This document shows, one piece after another, positions 36,352-46,526 of a stretch of 64,000 bases of DNA. Source of the stretch: Planctomycetota bacterium. Lineage in GTDB: Bacteria > JAJVIF01 > JAPKYR01. Under the pieces are notes generated by a model. It saw nothing but the letters and a program-made list of their open reading frames with translations, had not been told where the DNA came from and did not search any database. Position numbers and translations under genes: made by a program. The stretch spans positions 29,661-93,660 of the forward strand of contig JAUWTM010000001.1 in NCBI GenBank assembly GCA_030614715.1, read 5' to 3'. Positions within the stretch are counted from its first letter, which is position 1; every line of letters starts with the position of its first letter.

Positions 36352-36360
36352 ACAGCCGGT
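36336..36360 (-). terminator. Rho-independent terminator for the 36391..37596 gene, embedded in the 3' end of the kinase gene
   Basis: The minus strand reads ACCGGCT-GTTC-AGCCGGT (7-bp GC-rich stem) followed by TTTTTATTAT. It lies 31 nt downstream of the minus-strand stop at 36391. Confidence 0.55.
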
Positions 36361-36390
36361 CTGCAATCGCATAGTTAATAGTACTATTTC

Positions 36391-37596
36391 TTAGTCACTG
36401 ACCACCGGCTCACCGATACCCGTACCCGGCACTTCACCACCCTCGACCTCCGCTTCCTCAATTGGAACCATGTCCAGCATCTGAAGCTCAAGGTCTTCCT
36501 CCTGGTCCGACGGCCAGTAAATCCTTATCACATTGTCGCCCTGCCTCAGCAGCCGTTCCAGTGAGTAATACGCGAACGGGTCCGAGGTCCAGTACTCACC
36601 CCAGCCGATAGCGGCAGTAAAATAGATACTCGATTGCACCAGTGTCCCGTTTATCTCGACCATCAGGTTCATGTACGACGTGTTCTCCCTGACAAGATAG
36701 GGTAGAACCCTCAGGTAGTAATCGAGATACGGATCGTCTGCATAGAACGTTCCTTGCCAGTGACCTCCGGGTGGAATCACCCATATTCCGTTATCAATCC
36801 ATCCAGTGGTCGTGTAGTCCCAGAAATTGTTTTGGAATGTGTTCCCGACTGGGATAACATACCAGTTCTTTGAAAATGGTCCGTACTGCTCCATGTAGAC
36901 AGTCGGCCTGAACCGCGCGTACGGGTAAAGATACATGTACTGCCATGGATTGTACGGGTAAGTGTTCAGAGGATAATCCAGGAATTCCGCAAATTCAGCC
37001 AGCTCGATGAACTCACCAACCGGTGGACCATCCAGGCTCTCAGCCCAGTCGATTACCCTGTTCGGATTGCCCTCGACGGCTCTGACTGTGAAATCATTCA
37101 CCGAAACCGACAGGATCAGGTCGTCCAGTTCGATTTCATCCGGTGCCAGCGCGATATCCTCGAGCTGTGAATCAGTCAGAGGAAGCGATGACACCACCAT
37201 AAGTACATATTCCTTCCCAATTGCGTCACCGACCGTCCCATAGTACATCCTCTCCAGCCCACCGTCTGTCAGACGGGTCTGGTTGTTCATTACGAGAGGT
37301 TTAACTATCCGGTCCGGTGAGAAATCCAGAATGCTTACCCACCTGTCGTGCTGACCCTGGTACCTGATGGTAATTTCTTCGCCTGGATAGAGCATCCCGC
37401 CACGCGACACGTTGAACGTGAGCCCTATGGGCGAGAACATATCCGCCGCGTTCTCGATCACGCTGATGTCGATGATCTCCATCGATCCGTATTCATCGTT
37501 GTTGAGGATCTCCGCTGACGCGGGAAGTGCAAAGGTCATGACGACAATAAATGCTATCACGACACCTGGTGCCAGAACAGGAAATATCTTGTTCAT
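36391..37596 (-). CDS. Secreted hypothetical protein
   Basis: The track ORF extends to 37635. The ATG at 37596 is preceded by GAGGGA and gives MNKIFPVLAPGVVIAFIVVMTFALPASA-EIL, a typical signal peptide. The C-terminal half is aromatic-rich (Y/W/P). Confidence 0.7.
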   Translation of the reverse strand: MNKIFPVLAPGVVIAFIVVMTFALPASAEILNNDEYGSMEIIDISVIENAADMFSPIGLTFNVSRGGMLYPGEEITIRYQGQHDRWVSILDFSPDRIVKPLVMNNQTRLTDGGLERMYYGTVGDAIGKEYVLMVVSSLPLTDSQLEDIALAPDEIELDDLILSVSVNDFTVRAVEGNPNRVIDWAESLDGPPVGEFIELAEFAEFLDYPLNTYPYNPWQYMYLYPYARFRPTVYMEQYGPFSKNWYVIPVGNTFQNNFWDYTTTGWIDNGIWVIPPGGHWQGTFYADDPYLDYYLRVLPYLVRENTSYMNLMVEINGTLVQSSIYFTAAIGWGEYWTSDPFAYYSLERLLRQGDNVIRIYWPSDQEEDLELQMLDMVPIEEAEVEGGEVPGTGIGEPVVSD

Positions 37597-37760
37597 TTTT
37601 TCATCCCTCTGTACTAATAAGGAATAGAGAAACACTCGTATTTATCTACGATAATCTTACCACGTTACAGGTTCACTTTGTGATTCACTCTTTGACTTTA
37701 ACGTGGTCACCCCGGGCGATTGGTTGTTCCATCTCCACCATTACGCTTATACTTGCCGTA

Positions 37761-38627
37761 ATGCCGGACACGGTAAACATCTGGAATTTCGTAAACCATT
37801 CAATCGACTGCTCACGGCCCATCATCATGGGCATCATCAACACGACCCCCGACAGCTTCTCCGATGGTGGTCAATTCCTTGAGCCTGACGTGGCCATTGA
37901 ACAGGCAGTACGTATGGTCGATGAAGGCGTCGACATCCTCGACATCGGCGGTGAATCTACCCGTCCCGGATCAGATGCCGTCCCCGTCGACGAGGAATTA
38001 AACCGTGTGATTCCCGTGATCGAGGGAATCCGCGACGCTGGAATCGCAATCCCGATCTCGATCGACACCCGCAGGCTCGAAGTCGCTGAACCAGCGGTCG
38101 AATCCGGCGCTGTTATTGTCAATGACGTGTCCGGACTGCGTGATTCACCCTACATGGCTGACTTCATTGCTGAAAAGAACCTCGGGATCGTCATTATGCA
38201 CATGCTCGGACGTCCCCGGTCGATGCAGGTATCTCCGGGTTATGAGGACGTAATCAACGAAATCGGACAGTTTTTCGGTGACCAGATCGATTTCGCCGAG
38301 AGCCGGGGGATTCCTCACGAAAATATTGCCCTCGATCCCGGCATCGGATTCGGAAAACACCTCGAGCACAACCTGACGATTCTCAGGGATTGCAGCGAAT
38401 GGCTGAAATATCATAGACCGCTGGTCATTGGCCCGTCACGCAAGCGGTTCATTGGTGAGATCCTGGACAACGACGTAACCGACCGCCTGAACGGGACAAT
38501 CGGTGCCTGTGTCGCATCCATGCTTTACGGTGGACGGATATTCCGTGTCCATGACGTCCGCCCGGTACGTGAAGCACTCGAGGTGGCATACAGGATCATG
38601 GGGGTTAAAACCGAGCACAATGCCTGA
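37761..38627 (+). CDS. folP: Dihydropteroate synthase
   Basis: Motifs IMGIINTTPDSFSDGG and DIGGESTRPG, plus the conserved C-terminal RVHDV. The track ORF (from 37551) has a 70-aa non-homologous extension. The ATG at 37761 gives a normal 288-aa DHPS. Confidence 0.9.
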   Translation: MPDTVNIWNFVNHSIDCSRPIIMGIINTTPDSFSDGGQFLEPDVAIEQAVRMVDEGVDILDIGGESTRPGSDAVPVDEELNRVIPVIEGIRDAGIAIPISIDTRRLEVAEPAVESGAVIVNDVSGLRDSPYMADFIAEKNLGIVIMHMLGRPRSMQVSPGYEDVINEIGQFFGDQIDFAESRGIPHENIALDPGIGFGKHLEHNLTILRDCSEWLKYHRPLVIGPSRKRFIGEILDNDVTDRLNGTIGACVASMLYGGRIFRVHDVRPVREALEVAYRIMGVKTEHNA

Positions 38628-39267
38628 AGAAGGATATACAAACGAGCCTTTGTACCGCTCTTTCCTGTCCGGGGAACCACTCACACTTCGTAAGTCCCGG
38701 TTGATAACAGTATCCCCTGGCGAAATTCCCAGACGTCCTCGCTTCCAGGGCACTATAGATGCTGCTGATCTAGGAAATCCGGATCAACTCCGCGCTGTTG
38801 AAGCCATTAACAAATTCTACTGGGACTCGATGGAGCAGGATGTGTTCGGAAGAACATGGAAAATCAGCGATTGCGAGAATTACATCGCCGTTCCCGACCC
38901 ACTGCTTATTGCCGAAGAGGAGGACGGTCCGGATACTCACGGTATAGCCGGGCATGTTGCACTGTTGGCGGAACCTGACTTCCTGCACATCGTTGTTTTC
39001 CACGTCTGGCCGCAGTGGCACGCACGAGGTGTCGGATGGGAGCTCGTGTACAAGTCGATCGAGGTCGCACGCTCGAGTAATCTTCCGTCAATCAAACTCG
39101 GCACCACGAACGATAACATCCCGGCACTTTATTTCTACCAGCGCATGGGATTTGTGATTGATAACATCCTTACCGGGGAAGTTGAACGCGAACACGGGCA
39201 TAGTCCGTTCGGATTTGCGGGAATCCCGGTACGTGATGAGATCCAGCTAAGACTTGATTTGACATAA
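38620..39267 (+). CDS. GNAT-family N-acetyltransferase
   Basis: Acetyl-CoA-binding motif-A-like WHARGVGWELV, then PALYFYQRMGF. The ATG at 38620 overlaps the folP stop (ATGCCTGA). The track ORF start at 38503 lies inside folP. Confidence 0.75.
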   Translation: MPEEGYTNEPLYRSFLSGEPLTLRKSRLITVSPGEIPRRPRFQGTIDAADLGNPDQLRAVEAINKFYWDSMEQDVFGRTWKISDCENYIAVPDPLLIAEEEDGPDTHGIAGHVALLAEPDFLHIVVFHVWPQWHARGVGWELVYKSIEVARSSNLPSIKLGTTNDNIPALYFYQRMGFVIDNILTGEVEREHGHSPFGFAGIPVRDEIQLRLDLT

Positions 39268-39289
39268 ACACCGCACGGAAGGCTTCTAC

Positions 39290-40576
39290 ATGCCGCGAAG
39301 GATCATCCTGTCAGTCCTGATCTTCGTCTCGACCGCATTAATCGTTCCGGTACTTCACGGCATGCTTGGCCTTTCCCTTGACCGTTGTGCGGGAAACCCT
39401 TTCAATTTAAGGCCCGACATTTGCAGGACATTCGGCTCGATGCTGGTCATGACAGGATCGGCTTTTCTTGTGGCCTCGGTGATAAAGATAAGGGTGACGG
39501 GCGGCGGGCTCCCAATCTCTCCACTCCCACCGTCGAAGCTTGTGACTGAAGGCTTATACAGGATGTCAAGGCACCCGATCTACTTCAGTGCTTCGTTAAC
39601 CTTCCTCGGTGTCAGCCTGATGATACCCTCGTTCTGGATGACCGTGCTCGCATGGCCGATGTTCACCATGTTTTACGCATGTTACGCGCGCATGATCGAG
39701 GAACCGGTCCTCGAGGCACGGTTCGGTGAGGAATACCAGCAGTACAAAGCGAGAGTTCCGTTGATTTATCCTATCCCGAAGATCAAATGGCTGGTGCATT
39801 TCGCCAAATCCTTTGGAAGAGGGCTAAGCGCGTGGGTAAATCACCCGAAAATTATCCGTTTTCGAGGGCGCAAGGACGGTCTGTACCTTGAGTACGGTGT
39901 TATTACAGCGACTGGAATGGTCGCTGCCATGATCCTGTTTGTTGGACTCCTTAATGTTCTGAAACCTGTGTCAATGCTGGAGTACCTCGATATCGGACTC
40001 ACATCGTTCATCGTGCTCTGGTCTTTCTGGTCATTCGCGAACGCTTTAACCAGTGCGGATCACGGCAAAGCGACTGATTCAGAGGTTGCCGTGATCTATT
40101 CGAATGACATACACAGGACTGTACGTGGATCATCGATGCTCAATAAACCTCTGTTTCCGATCCAGGTCGTGACTGCAGTGACAGGATTAATAATTCTGCA
40201 GGTTGTCCTGTTGATCTGGTCGTTGCGAATGCTCCATCATGGATTTCCCGGCGCGTTGATTATTAACCTGCTTGGCTGGTTCAGTTTCTCCCTGGACTGG
40301 TTCAGGTACCAGAGAAAGCTGGCAATCGGGCCACTGTCATGGGCACAACTGATCTGTATCGCCTGGATTCTCATTTCCACGCTTAAATTATCCTGGTTCA
40401 TTGAACCAAATGAACCCTGGTACTTAAAACTGATCGATTATCCACCCGGCAACCCTCTGACATGGGTTACCATCGGTGGTGCGTTACTCGTCTGGCTGAT
40501 CGCTTTGCCGGTTTTCAGCTATAATCGATTTGACCTCGAACCTGATCCGGACAGTAGATCCAAAGATGCATCCTGA
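39290..40576 (+). CDS. Polytopic membrane protein with an ICMT/PEMT-like methyltransferase domain and an extra C-terminal transmembrane region
   Basis: GLYRMSRHPIYFSASLTFLGVSLM...EEPVLEARFGEEYQQYKARVP matches the isoprenylcysteine carboxyl / phospholipid methyltransferase signature (RHPxY...EE..L...FG..Y..Y). About 250 further residues contain multiple hydrophobic helices. Confidence 0.7.
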   Translation: MPRRIILSVLIFVSTALIVPVLHGMLGLSLDRCAGNPFNLRPDICRTFGSMLVMTGSAFLVASVIKIRVTGGGLPISPLPPSKLVTEGLYRMSRHPIYFSASLTFLGVSLMIPSFWMTVLAWPMFTMFYACYARMIEEPVLEARFGEEYQQYKARVPLIYPIPKIKWLVHFAKSFGRGLSAWVNHPKIIRFRGRKDGLYLEYGVITATGMVAAMILFVGLLNVLKPVSMLEYLDIGLTSFIVLWSFWSFANALTSADHGKATDSEVAVIYSNDIHRTVRGSSMLNKPLFPIQVVTAVTGLIILQVVLLIWSLRMLHHGFPGALIINLLGWFSFSLDWFRYQRKLAIGPLSWAQLICIAWILISTLKLSWFIEPNEPWYLKLIDYPPGNPLTWVTIGGALLVWLIALPVFSYNRFDLEPDPDSRSKDAS

Positions 40577-41900
40577 GTACGAAAATAATCAACTTGTCTG
40601 GGACGGTTGCGAACTTTCCTCGATCGCAGCCCACTACTGCACTCCTCTCCATATCCTTTCCAGACCGGAAATTGATCGATCTATCCTTGCTTTCATCGAG
40701 CCATTCCGTAGTTCCGGCGTTAACCTTAGAATTCACTACTCTGTAAAAACCAACCCGATCCCGGAATACCTGAAGGTCCTGAAATCCCACGATCTCGGCG
40801 TAGAAATTGTACGACCGTGGGAGTTTCAACTCGTCCGCCAGCTTGGCTTTGACGGATCAGACATCGTAATCACAGGAATCGAGAGAGATGAGGACTTCTG
40901 TATCGATGTGGCGAAATCAAAGCCAAAAATGTGGAATCTGGAGTCACTCGACCAGCTTACGTTCATCGAAAACCTGTCAGGTAAGTTCCCGGACCGGGTG
41001 AACATCGGATTTCGTATCTGCCCGTCACTGAAAACCCCGGTACTCGATCAAACTCTTGCGAGCGGTTCTTCACGCTCACCCTACGGCTTCATGCAGGGCT
41101 CCGATGAACTCTCGCGGGCTTTCGATCTTATCTCAAAAAGCGGTAAACTTGAATTCGTCGGGTTCCATTTTCACATCGGCTCGGGAATCAGATCGCCTCG
41201 ACCTTACGCGAAGTCGTTTTCGATCATCCCAGACCTCGTAGCTGCCGCACAAGAAAGGGGATTGACCGTTAAAGTCCTCGACATCGGTGGTGGTTACGGA
41301 ATTTCGTCAGCACCAGTGCTCAATCCCATCGACCTTCTGCTCTCATGGCTCGGAAGAAGCAAACCTCAGTCCATTAAAGCTGATGCAAATGACCTGCTCG
41401 GTCAGGTTGCATTAGAGCTTCGCAACCTGACAACTGAACTGGCTAAGCGGGGAGTAAAAATCGATGAGTTAATCGCTGAACCGGGTCGGGCACTGTCTGC
41501 ATCGACCATGTTAATCTTACTTACCGTTCAGGAAGTGGTGAAACGTCCGGGAAATCGCAATTACATAATCTGCGACGCTGGCGCTATGAGCCTTTCAACA
41601 ATGTTGCTCGTCGAGAACCACCGCGTCCTTCCGCTCAGGCACTCATCAGGTCCGGGACAAACGTACACAATCCTCGGAAACATGCCGTCTGCCCTCGACC
41701 GGGTCTCATCAGCAGTCGAACTGCCCGAGGTTCGTCCCGGCGACCACCTCGCGATTCTCGATACAGGCGCCTATTTTTATAGTTTCGGAAACAACTTCGC
41801 CGGACCACGTCCCGGAATTGTCATGATAGACAAGGGAACCCACACGGAATTACGACGTCGTGAGACAATCGAAGATATTACCTCTCTGAATATCCCTTGA
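40566..41900 (+). CDS. PLP-dependent decarboxylase, Orn/DAP/Arg decarboxylase (fold-type III) family
   Basis: Motifs YSVKTNP (PLP lysine), DIGGGYG, EPGRAL and CDAG. The track start at 40530 is TTG. The ATG at 40566 (MHPEYENN...) overlaps the upstream gene by 11 nt. Substrate is unknown. Confidence 0.8.
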   Translation: MHPEYENNQLVWDGCELSSIAAHYCTPLHILSRPEIDRSILAFIEPFRSSGVNLRIHYSVKTNPIPEYLKVLKSHDLGVEIVRPWEFQLVRQLGFDGSDIVITGIERDEDFCIDVAKSKPKMWNLESLDQLTFIENLSGKFPDRVNIGFRICPSLKTPVLDQTLASGSSRSPYGFMQGSDELSRAFDLISKSGKLEFVGFHFHIGSGIRSPRPYAKSFSIIPDLVAAAQERGLTVKVLDIGGGYGISSAPVLNPIDLLLSWLGRSKPQSIKADANDLLGQVALELRNLTTELAKRGVKIDELIAEPGRALSASTMLILLTVQEVVKRPGNRNYIICDAGAMSLSTMLLVENHRVLPLRHSSGPGQTYTILGNMPSALDRVSSAVELPEVRPGDHLAILDTGAYFYSFGNNFAGPRPGIVMIDKGTHTELRRRETIEDITSLNIP

Positions 41901-41927
41901 ATTGTAACGCCGACAGTTTGTCCGGCC

Positions 41928-43598
41928 TCAATACACCCGATCCGGGAACGTAATCGTGATCTCCGTCTCCTCGTTTTCCCTGATCTCCACGTTTGTCATT
42001 ACCCTTATAATATTATCCACTTCAGCCTCGACCCGGTAAAATCCGGCCGGTATATCAGTCACGTACCAGTCCGGCGACTCTATCCGTTCGCGGTCGAACC
42101 TCTCGAGCACATGGCCGTCGCTGTTGTACACTCGCACCCATCCCCAGGCATCGCTGCCCGATTCCGTCCGGAGCAGGATGTAAAGATCACCAATGGCCAC
42201 ATCCAGATCGATTCCGAGCTGTGCCTGTTCACCAGAAAATAGCGTAATTGTTTCCTCGGCTATGTGACTCTCGAAGTTTGTCTGGACTCGATACGTGCCC
42301 GGCGGTAGGCGGGAGTACAGGTAGGATGAATACGGAGCCTCGTCCATGATCGTTCCGTCCATGTCGAAGATCTTGATCTCCGCGTTGAGAGGGAACCCGT
42401 AAATATTCGTGACCTCTACCTCGAGGATCGCGAGTTCCACGGGGATTTCGAGCTCGTAAAATTCCTCGTAGGCAGGACCGATCATGATGCCGCCGTACTG
42501 ATTTGTATAGTCGCCGACACGAATTTCTACGGAGTACGTGCCTGACGGGAGCTGGACCGTATGATATGCGCCGACCTCTGTTGTAAGAACGGGCTCCATT
42601 GCGGAATTCAAAAATGTGACCCTTGCTCTTAACGGCTCACCTGCGAGGTCCCGGAGCTGAAGGGTGAAATAGTTACGGTGCACATCGAACTCGAGGTTCA
42701 CGTTCTCGCTGGACGTTGAATCGATGGTGAAGGAGCCGCTGGTCATTTCAATTCCAAGGTAACGGCCTGTTACTTCGTAGCGTCCCGGGGCCAGTGTCAT
42801 AGCGTGGTCCGATAAATCGAGATGCTCCGCGACAATTACGTCCGTGTCCAGGTTCCTGACGATTATGTCACCCTCGATGGCCAATCCGGTTGAGTCGATC
42901 AGGTGTATCCTGAGGTTGCTGTTGAACTCCTCCGCGAAATTTACTAGTGCTGGTTCAAGATCCGAAATACTTTCCACGTCCGCTAGACGTCCACCTGACG
43001 CTGCCGCGACCTCCCCAAGTGTCTCCCGCACATCCATGCTCAGATCGAGCCCGATAATCACGATCCTTGGTACGCTCGACGTCCATGCCAGGGTGTTCAC
43101 AAGCGTTGTGAATTCCCGTCCACAGTCATCTCCTCCGTCTGTGATTACAAGGATCACCTTATCGGTGCCGTATTCGGCTGCCCCCATGTCGCCTATGCAA
43201 TCCTCGATTCCCTGCAGCAGTGCACGGGTTCCGGCAGGACGGGTTGCGACCATGTAATCCTGGAACTGGCTTCTCATCCCGGCGTTGGGTATGAAATACA
43301 GGTAGGTCGTGTAGCAATCCGATGTCGGCGACCCTCCCATGATCCTGAGTCCCACCCAGATGTCGGGAGCAAGCCCTGTCAGAAACTGGTTAACCGCCAG
43401 TGTGACTTCCTCGTACTTTGAATGGCTTGTTCCGGGGCTTCCGGGCGAGGCCAGGGAACTCGATGCATCGAGAAGCACCATCATTTCCGTGGTCGCATTG
43501 GCCGGGACCGCAATAAATAAAACAGCAAACGCGATAGCTGCCAGTATTTTAATTCGGGATCGTACAGGGACCATGACATACCCTCCGAAATATTTCAT
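41928..43598 (-). CDS. Secreted von Willebrand factor A (vWA) domain protein with C-terminal beta-sandwich repeats
   Basis: Signal peptide ...AVPANA. MIDAS motif LLDASSSL plus VILVITDGGDDC. Repeated segments of the type PGxYxV (APGRYEVTG, PSGTYSVEI, PPGTYRVQT, PAGFYRVEA) suggest carboxypeptidase-regulatory-like repeats. Confidence 0.8.
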   Translation of the reverse strand: MKYFGGYVMVPVRSRIKILAAIAFAVLFIAVPANATTEMMVLLDASSSLASPGSPGTSHSKYEEVTLAVNQFLTGLAPDIWVGLRIMGGSPTSDCYTTYLYFIPNAGMRSQFQDYMVATRPAGTRALLQGIEDCIGDMGAAEYGTDKVILVITDGGDDCGREFTTLVNTLAWTSSVPRIVIIGLDLSMDVRETLGEVAAASGGRLADVESISDLEPALVNFAEEFNSNLRIHLIDSTGLAIEGDIIVRNLDTDVIVAEHLDLSDHAMTLAPGRYEVTGRYLGIEMTSGSFTIDSTSSENVNLEFDVHRNYFTLQLRDLAGEPLRARVTFLNSAMEPVLTTEVGAYHTVQLPSGTYSVEIRVGDYTNQYGGIMIGPAYEEFYELEIPVELAILEVEVTNIYGFPLNAEIKIFDMDGTIMDEAPYSSYLYSRLPPGTYRVQTNFESHIAEETITLFSGEQAQLGIDLDVAIGDLYILLRTESGSDAWGWVRVYNSDGHVLERFDRERIESPDWYVTDIPAGFYRVEAEVDNIIRVMTNVEIRENEETEITITFPDRVY

Positions 43599-43788
43599 TC
43601 TACGAAATCAGTATACCATCACTGAATAACTAGTTGACGACACCAGGAGGACCATAAAAATTTGCTTGGGAATATTGCGGTATTGCAGTTCATATACTAC
43701 AATTTCAATTATTCCTAGTATTTACATCAATTGATGCGAGTCGGTATTCGAGGCAGCTTTACAATCAATATACAAGGTGGAAGATGCT

Positions 43789-46452
43789 ATGCGTCTCAGA
43801 CTATTCCCGCTATTGGTAATATTAGCCGGTATATTCGGTATCTTTAGTTGCACAGGTGGAGATTCACCTGTCACACCGGCGAATGAAGAATTGGTCCTGC
43901 AGAATTCAGCGACATCTGCAAACACACATCTATGGGGACTCTACGACTGCTGGATCGATGTCGAGACTGAAGAGGTTAAAGTAATACCGCTCAGAACCGC
44001 GATGTTCGCGTGCAACGTAACAAGCTTTGTCGACGGACCACCGTCAAACCTGATTATTGATATCAACTCTATCGACACTCAATCCGGCACAACGGACATC
44101 TCAGTCGATGTGGGACTCAGGCATCCTTTCCCGGGACTCAACATGTATACGGGCTTTGATGTAATCGGCGTTTTTATGGGAACCTATACGGACCTGTATC
44201 CGGGTCCGATTCAGTGGACAGTAACAGATCACAATGGGCAGCATATGCTTAATCCGGATGGGTACACAAGGTGGTTCAACAGGCTTGAATTCGGATCGGT
44301 CCCGTTGCCGTTACTGGGTTATACACCGGGTGTGCTGGGAAGTCCCGGCACTAGCTCCCCATCGATCGAAGACTTTCCGCCTGAGGCCAACGCTGATGAG
44401 GCGCTTGTTATCGATATCGTGGACTACAGCACCGTTTACATCATTAACCCGGCGGACTTCGGCGGTGAAGTACGACTGGAGCTGACAGTCTGGGACTGGT
44501 CGGCTGAGACATCGGGTGTGATGGGTGAATACGTGATCCGCTGTTATTCAGAAGCATGGTGGTTTGGTGGTGGAGTGGACATGACCCCCATCGCGAGTTC
44601 CGATCACTGCTACACATACCTGACGGAGATACCTGTCCAGTCGATTGAATCCACTGCTCCGTTGACCGTATGGATCGAAGTCAATTATCCACAACTCGAT
44701 TACTCCAATGAATTTGGGATTGAAAACGATGCTCAAGGTGAGCTTTGCAGTTATTTCATGACTGAGGTTGAGGTCTCCACGGAACCGCCGTCATATATCG
44801 AAGTTCTCACGCCGAACGGTGGCGAGGAATGGGACGTCGGGGCAACCGAGGACATCACGTGGGACTCTGAGTATATTACGGGAACAGTGTTCATTGAGTA
44901 CTCGAAAGACGGCTTCGTGTCTGATATCCATACGATCGCTGTCGATGAAGACAACGACGGATCATACACGTGGGACATTCCCTGCGATGAATCCGATGCA
45001 GTTCGCGCTCGGGTAACATCAACCGATGACCCGTTGGTTACTGATACTTCCGATGGCGATTTCGCGATTGTCGGTGCTGGATGGGCCGGAACTTGGGGTG
45101 GAATCAGCCTCGATGCAAGCTACGAAACAGCGACCGATGAATCGGGGAGCGTGTACGTTACGGGTGAATTCAGGTATACGGTTGATTTCGATCCGGGTCC
45201 GGGGATTGACGAACATTCCGCTCTCGGCAGTAGTGATTCATTCCTGTCAAAATTCAATTCGTGTGGTGAGTTTGTATGGGCGTTGACATGGGGCGTGGCC
45301 GGTGGGAACGGCTGGGGAAATGGCGTATCGTGCGATAATGCTGGAAACGTGATTGTCATGGGCACTTTCAGGGGAGCGAATTGCGACTTCGATCCCGGTC
45401 CGGGTACCGATTATCACTCGACAACTGGCATGTACGATTGTTACCTGAGTAAATTCAACTCCGATGGCGACCTGTTATGGTGCAGGACTTGGGGCGGTAC
45501 ATACTATGAATCGAGCGGGTCGCCGCAGATCGACGGTTCGGACAACATCTACGTTATGGGTGGATTCAGATCAAGTTCGGTGGACTTCGACCCGGGTTCG
45601 GGAACAGACTGGCGGTTTAACGCCGGTGGCGACGACTGCTGGTTGAGTAAGTTTAATTCATCCGGAGAATTCCAGTGGGTCAGGACATGGGGTGCAGGGG
45701 GCTGGGACACGGCATACGACGGAGCTGCAGATTCGTCGGGGAATGTTTACGTAGCCGGACGGTTCCAGGGGACTGTTGATTTCGACCCGGGATCCGGAAC
45801 TGATAATCATACGGCTGTCGACTACGATCTCTTCCTGACTAAATTCGACACTAACGGCACTCACGAATGGGCCGCAACGTGGGACGGTATTGCGGGCTGG
45901 AACAGCGGTGCGACTGTCGCTCTTAACGGCACCAACGTGTACTGTGGCGGATATTTCATAGGTACAGTTGACTTTGATCCCGGAGTGGGAACGGATTATC
46001 ACACCTCTGCCGGGAACAACGACTGCTTCGTGAGCCGGTTCAATGTATCCGGTATTTTCCAGGAGGTTGCCGTGTGGGGAGGCACGGGTAATGATGTAGT
46101 TAACGGTCTCGCGATAGATAGCGTAGGTAACGTGCTGGTATGCGGTCAGTTCTTCGATTTCGCGGACTTCGACCCGGGAACGGGAACGGAGAATCGTACG
46201 TCCAACGGGTACTACGATATCTTCCTCAGCAAGCTTGATTCGTCGCTCGAGTATATCTGGGTTCAGACATGGGGCGGCAGCCAGAGTGATTACGGCGCCG
46301 ATTGTGCTGTTGGACCGGGTGACGTCGTGTACTCAACCGGATTTTTCAATGCCACGGTCGATTTCGATCCCGGACCCACCGTTGAAGATTGGACATCTAA
46401 CGGTAGTGCCGATGTTTATATCGTTAAAGTGATGGACGACGGGGAGTGGTAG
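43789..46452 (+). CDS. Secreted lipoprotein: family N-module (shorter variant) + SBBP-type beta-propeller repeats
   Basis: The ATG at 43789 follows AAGGTGG. Lipobox IFSCTG. N-module motifs HLWGLYD, RHPFPGLNMYTGFDVIGV, NPDGYTRWFN, VWDWS. The C-terminal half has about 8 repeats of DFDPGxGTD....D.(F/Y)LSKFN..G...W..TWGG. Confidence 0.85.
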   Translation: MRLRLFPLLVILAGIFGIFSCTGGDSPVTPANEELVLQNSATSANTHLWGLYDCWIDVETEEVKVIPLRTAMFACNVTSFVDGPPSNLIIDINSIDTQSGTTDISVDVGLRHPFPGLNMYTGFDVIGVFMGTYTDLYPGPIQWTVTDHNGQHMLNPDGYTRWFNRLEFGSVPLPLLGYTPGVLGSPGTSSPSIEDFPPEANADEALVIDIVDYSTVYIINPADFGGEVRLELTVWDWSAETSGVMGEYVIRCYSEAWWFGGGVDMTPIASSDHCYTYLTEIPVQSIESTAPLTVWIEVNYPQLDYSNEFGIENDAQGELCSYFMTEVEVSTEPPSYIEVLTPNGGEEWDVGATEDITWDSEYITGTVFIEYSKDGFVSDIHTIAVDEDNDGSYTWDIPCDESDAVRARVTSTDDPLVTDTSDGDFAIVGAGWAGTWGGISLDASYETATDESGSVYVTGEFRYTVDFDPGPGIDEHSALGSSDSFLSKFNSCGEFVWALTWGVAGGNGWGNGVSCDNAGNVIVMGTFRGANCDFDPGPGTDYHSTTGMYDCYLSKFNSDGDLLWCRTWGGTYYESSGSPQIDGSDNIYVMGGFRSSSVDFDPGSGTDWRFNAGGDDCWLSKFNSSGEFQWVRTWGAGGWDTAYDGAADSSGNVYVAGRFQGTVDFDPGSGTDNHTAVDYDLFLTKFDTNGTHEWAATWDGIAGWNSGATVALNGTNVYCGGYFIGTVDFDPGVGTDYHTSAGNNDCFVSRFNVSGIFQEVAVWGGTGNDVVNGLAIDSVGNVLVCGQFFDFADFDPGTGTENRTSNGYYDIFLSKLDSSLEYIWVQTWGGSQSDYGADCAVGPGDVVYSTGFFNATVDFDPGPTVEDWTSNGSADVYIVKVMDDGEW

Positions 46453-46526
46453 AGAATAAATGCCCTTTTATTAACAGTGCCCCGCGCGTAAGCAAGGGGG
46501 TAACTCTTACCGATTTCACCTTTCAC

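Noticed and set aside
37551-37760. N-terminal extensions suggested by the ORF track for folP (37551), the GNAT (38503), DUF302 (55283), the 49819 and 63218 lipoproteins and the 36391 protein (37635).
   Set aside because: In each case an internal start with a Shine-Dalgarno-like sequence yields the canonical N-terminus or a proper signal peptide. The DUF302 extension would read through a terminator hairpin, and the GNAT extension lies inside folP.
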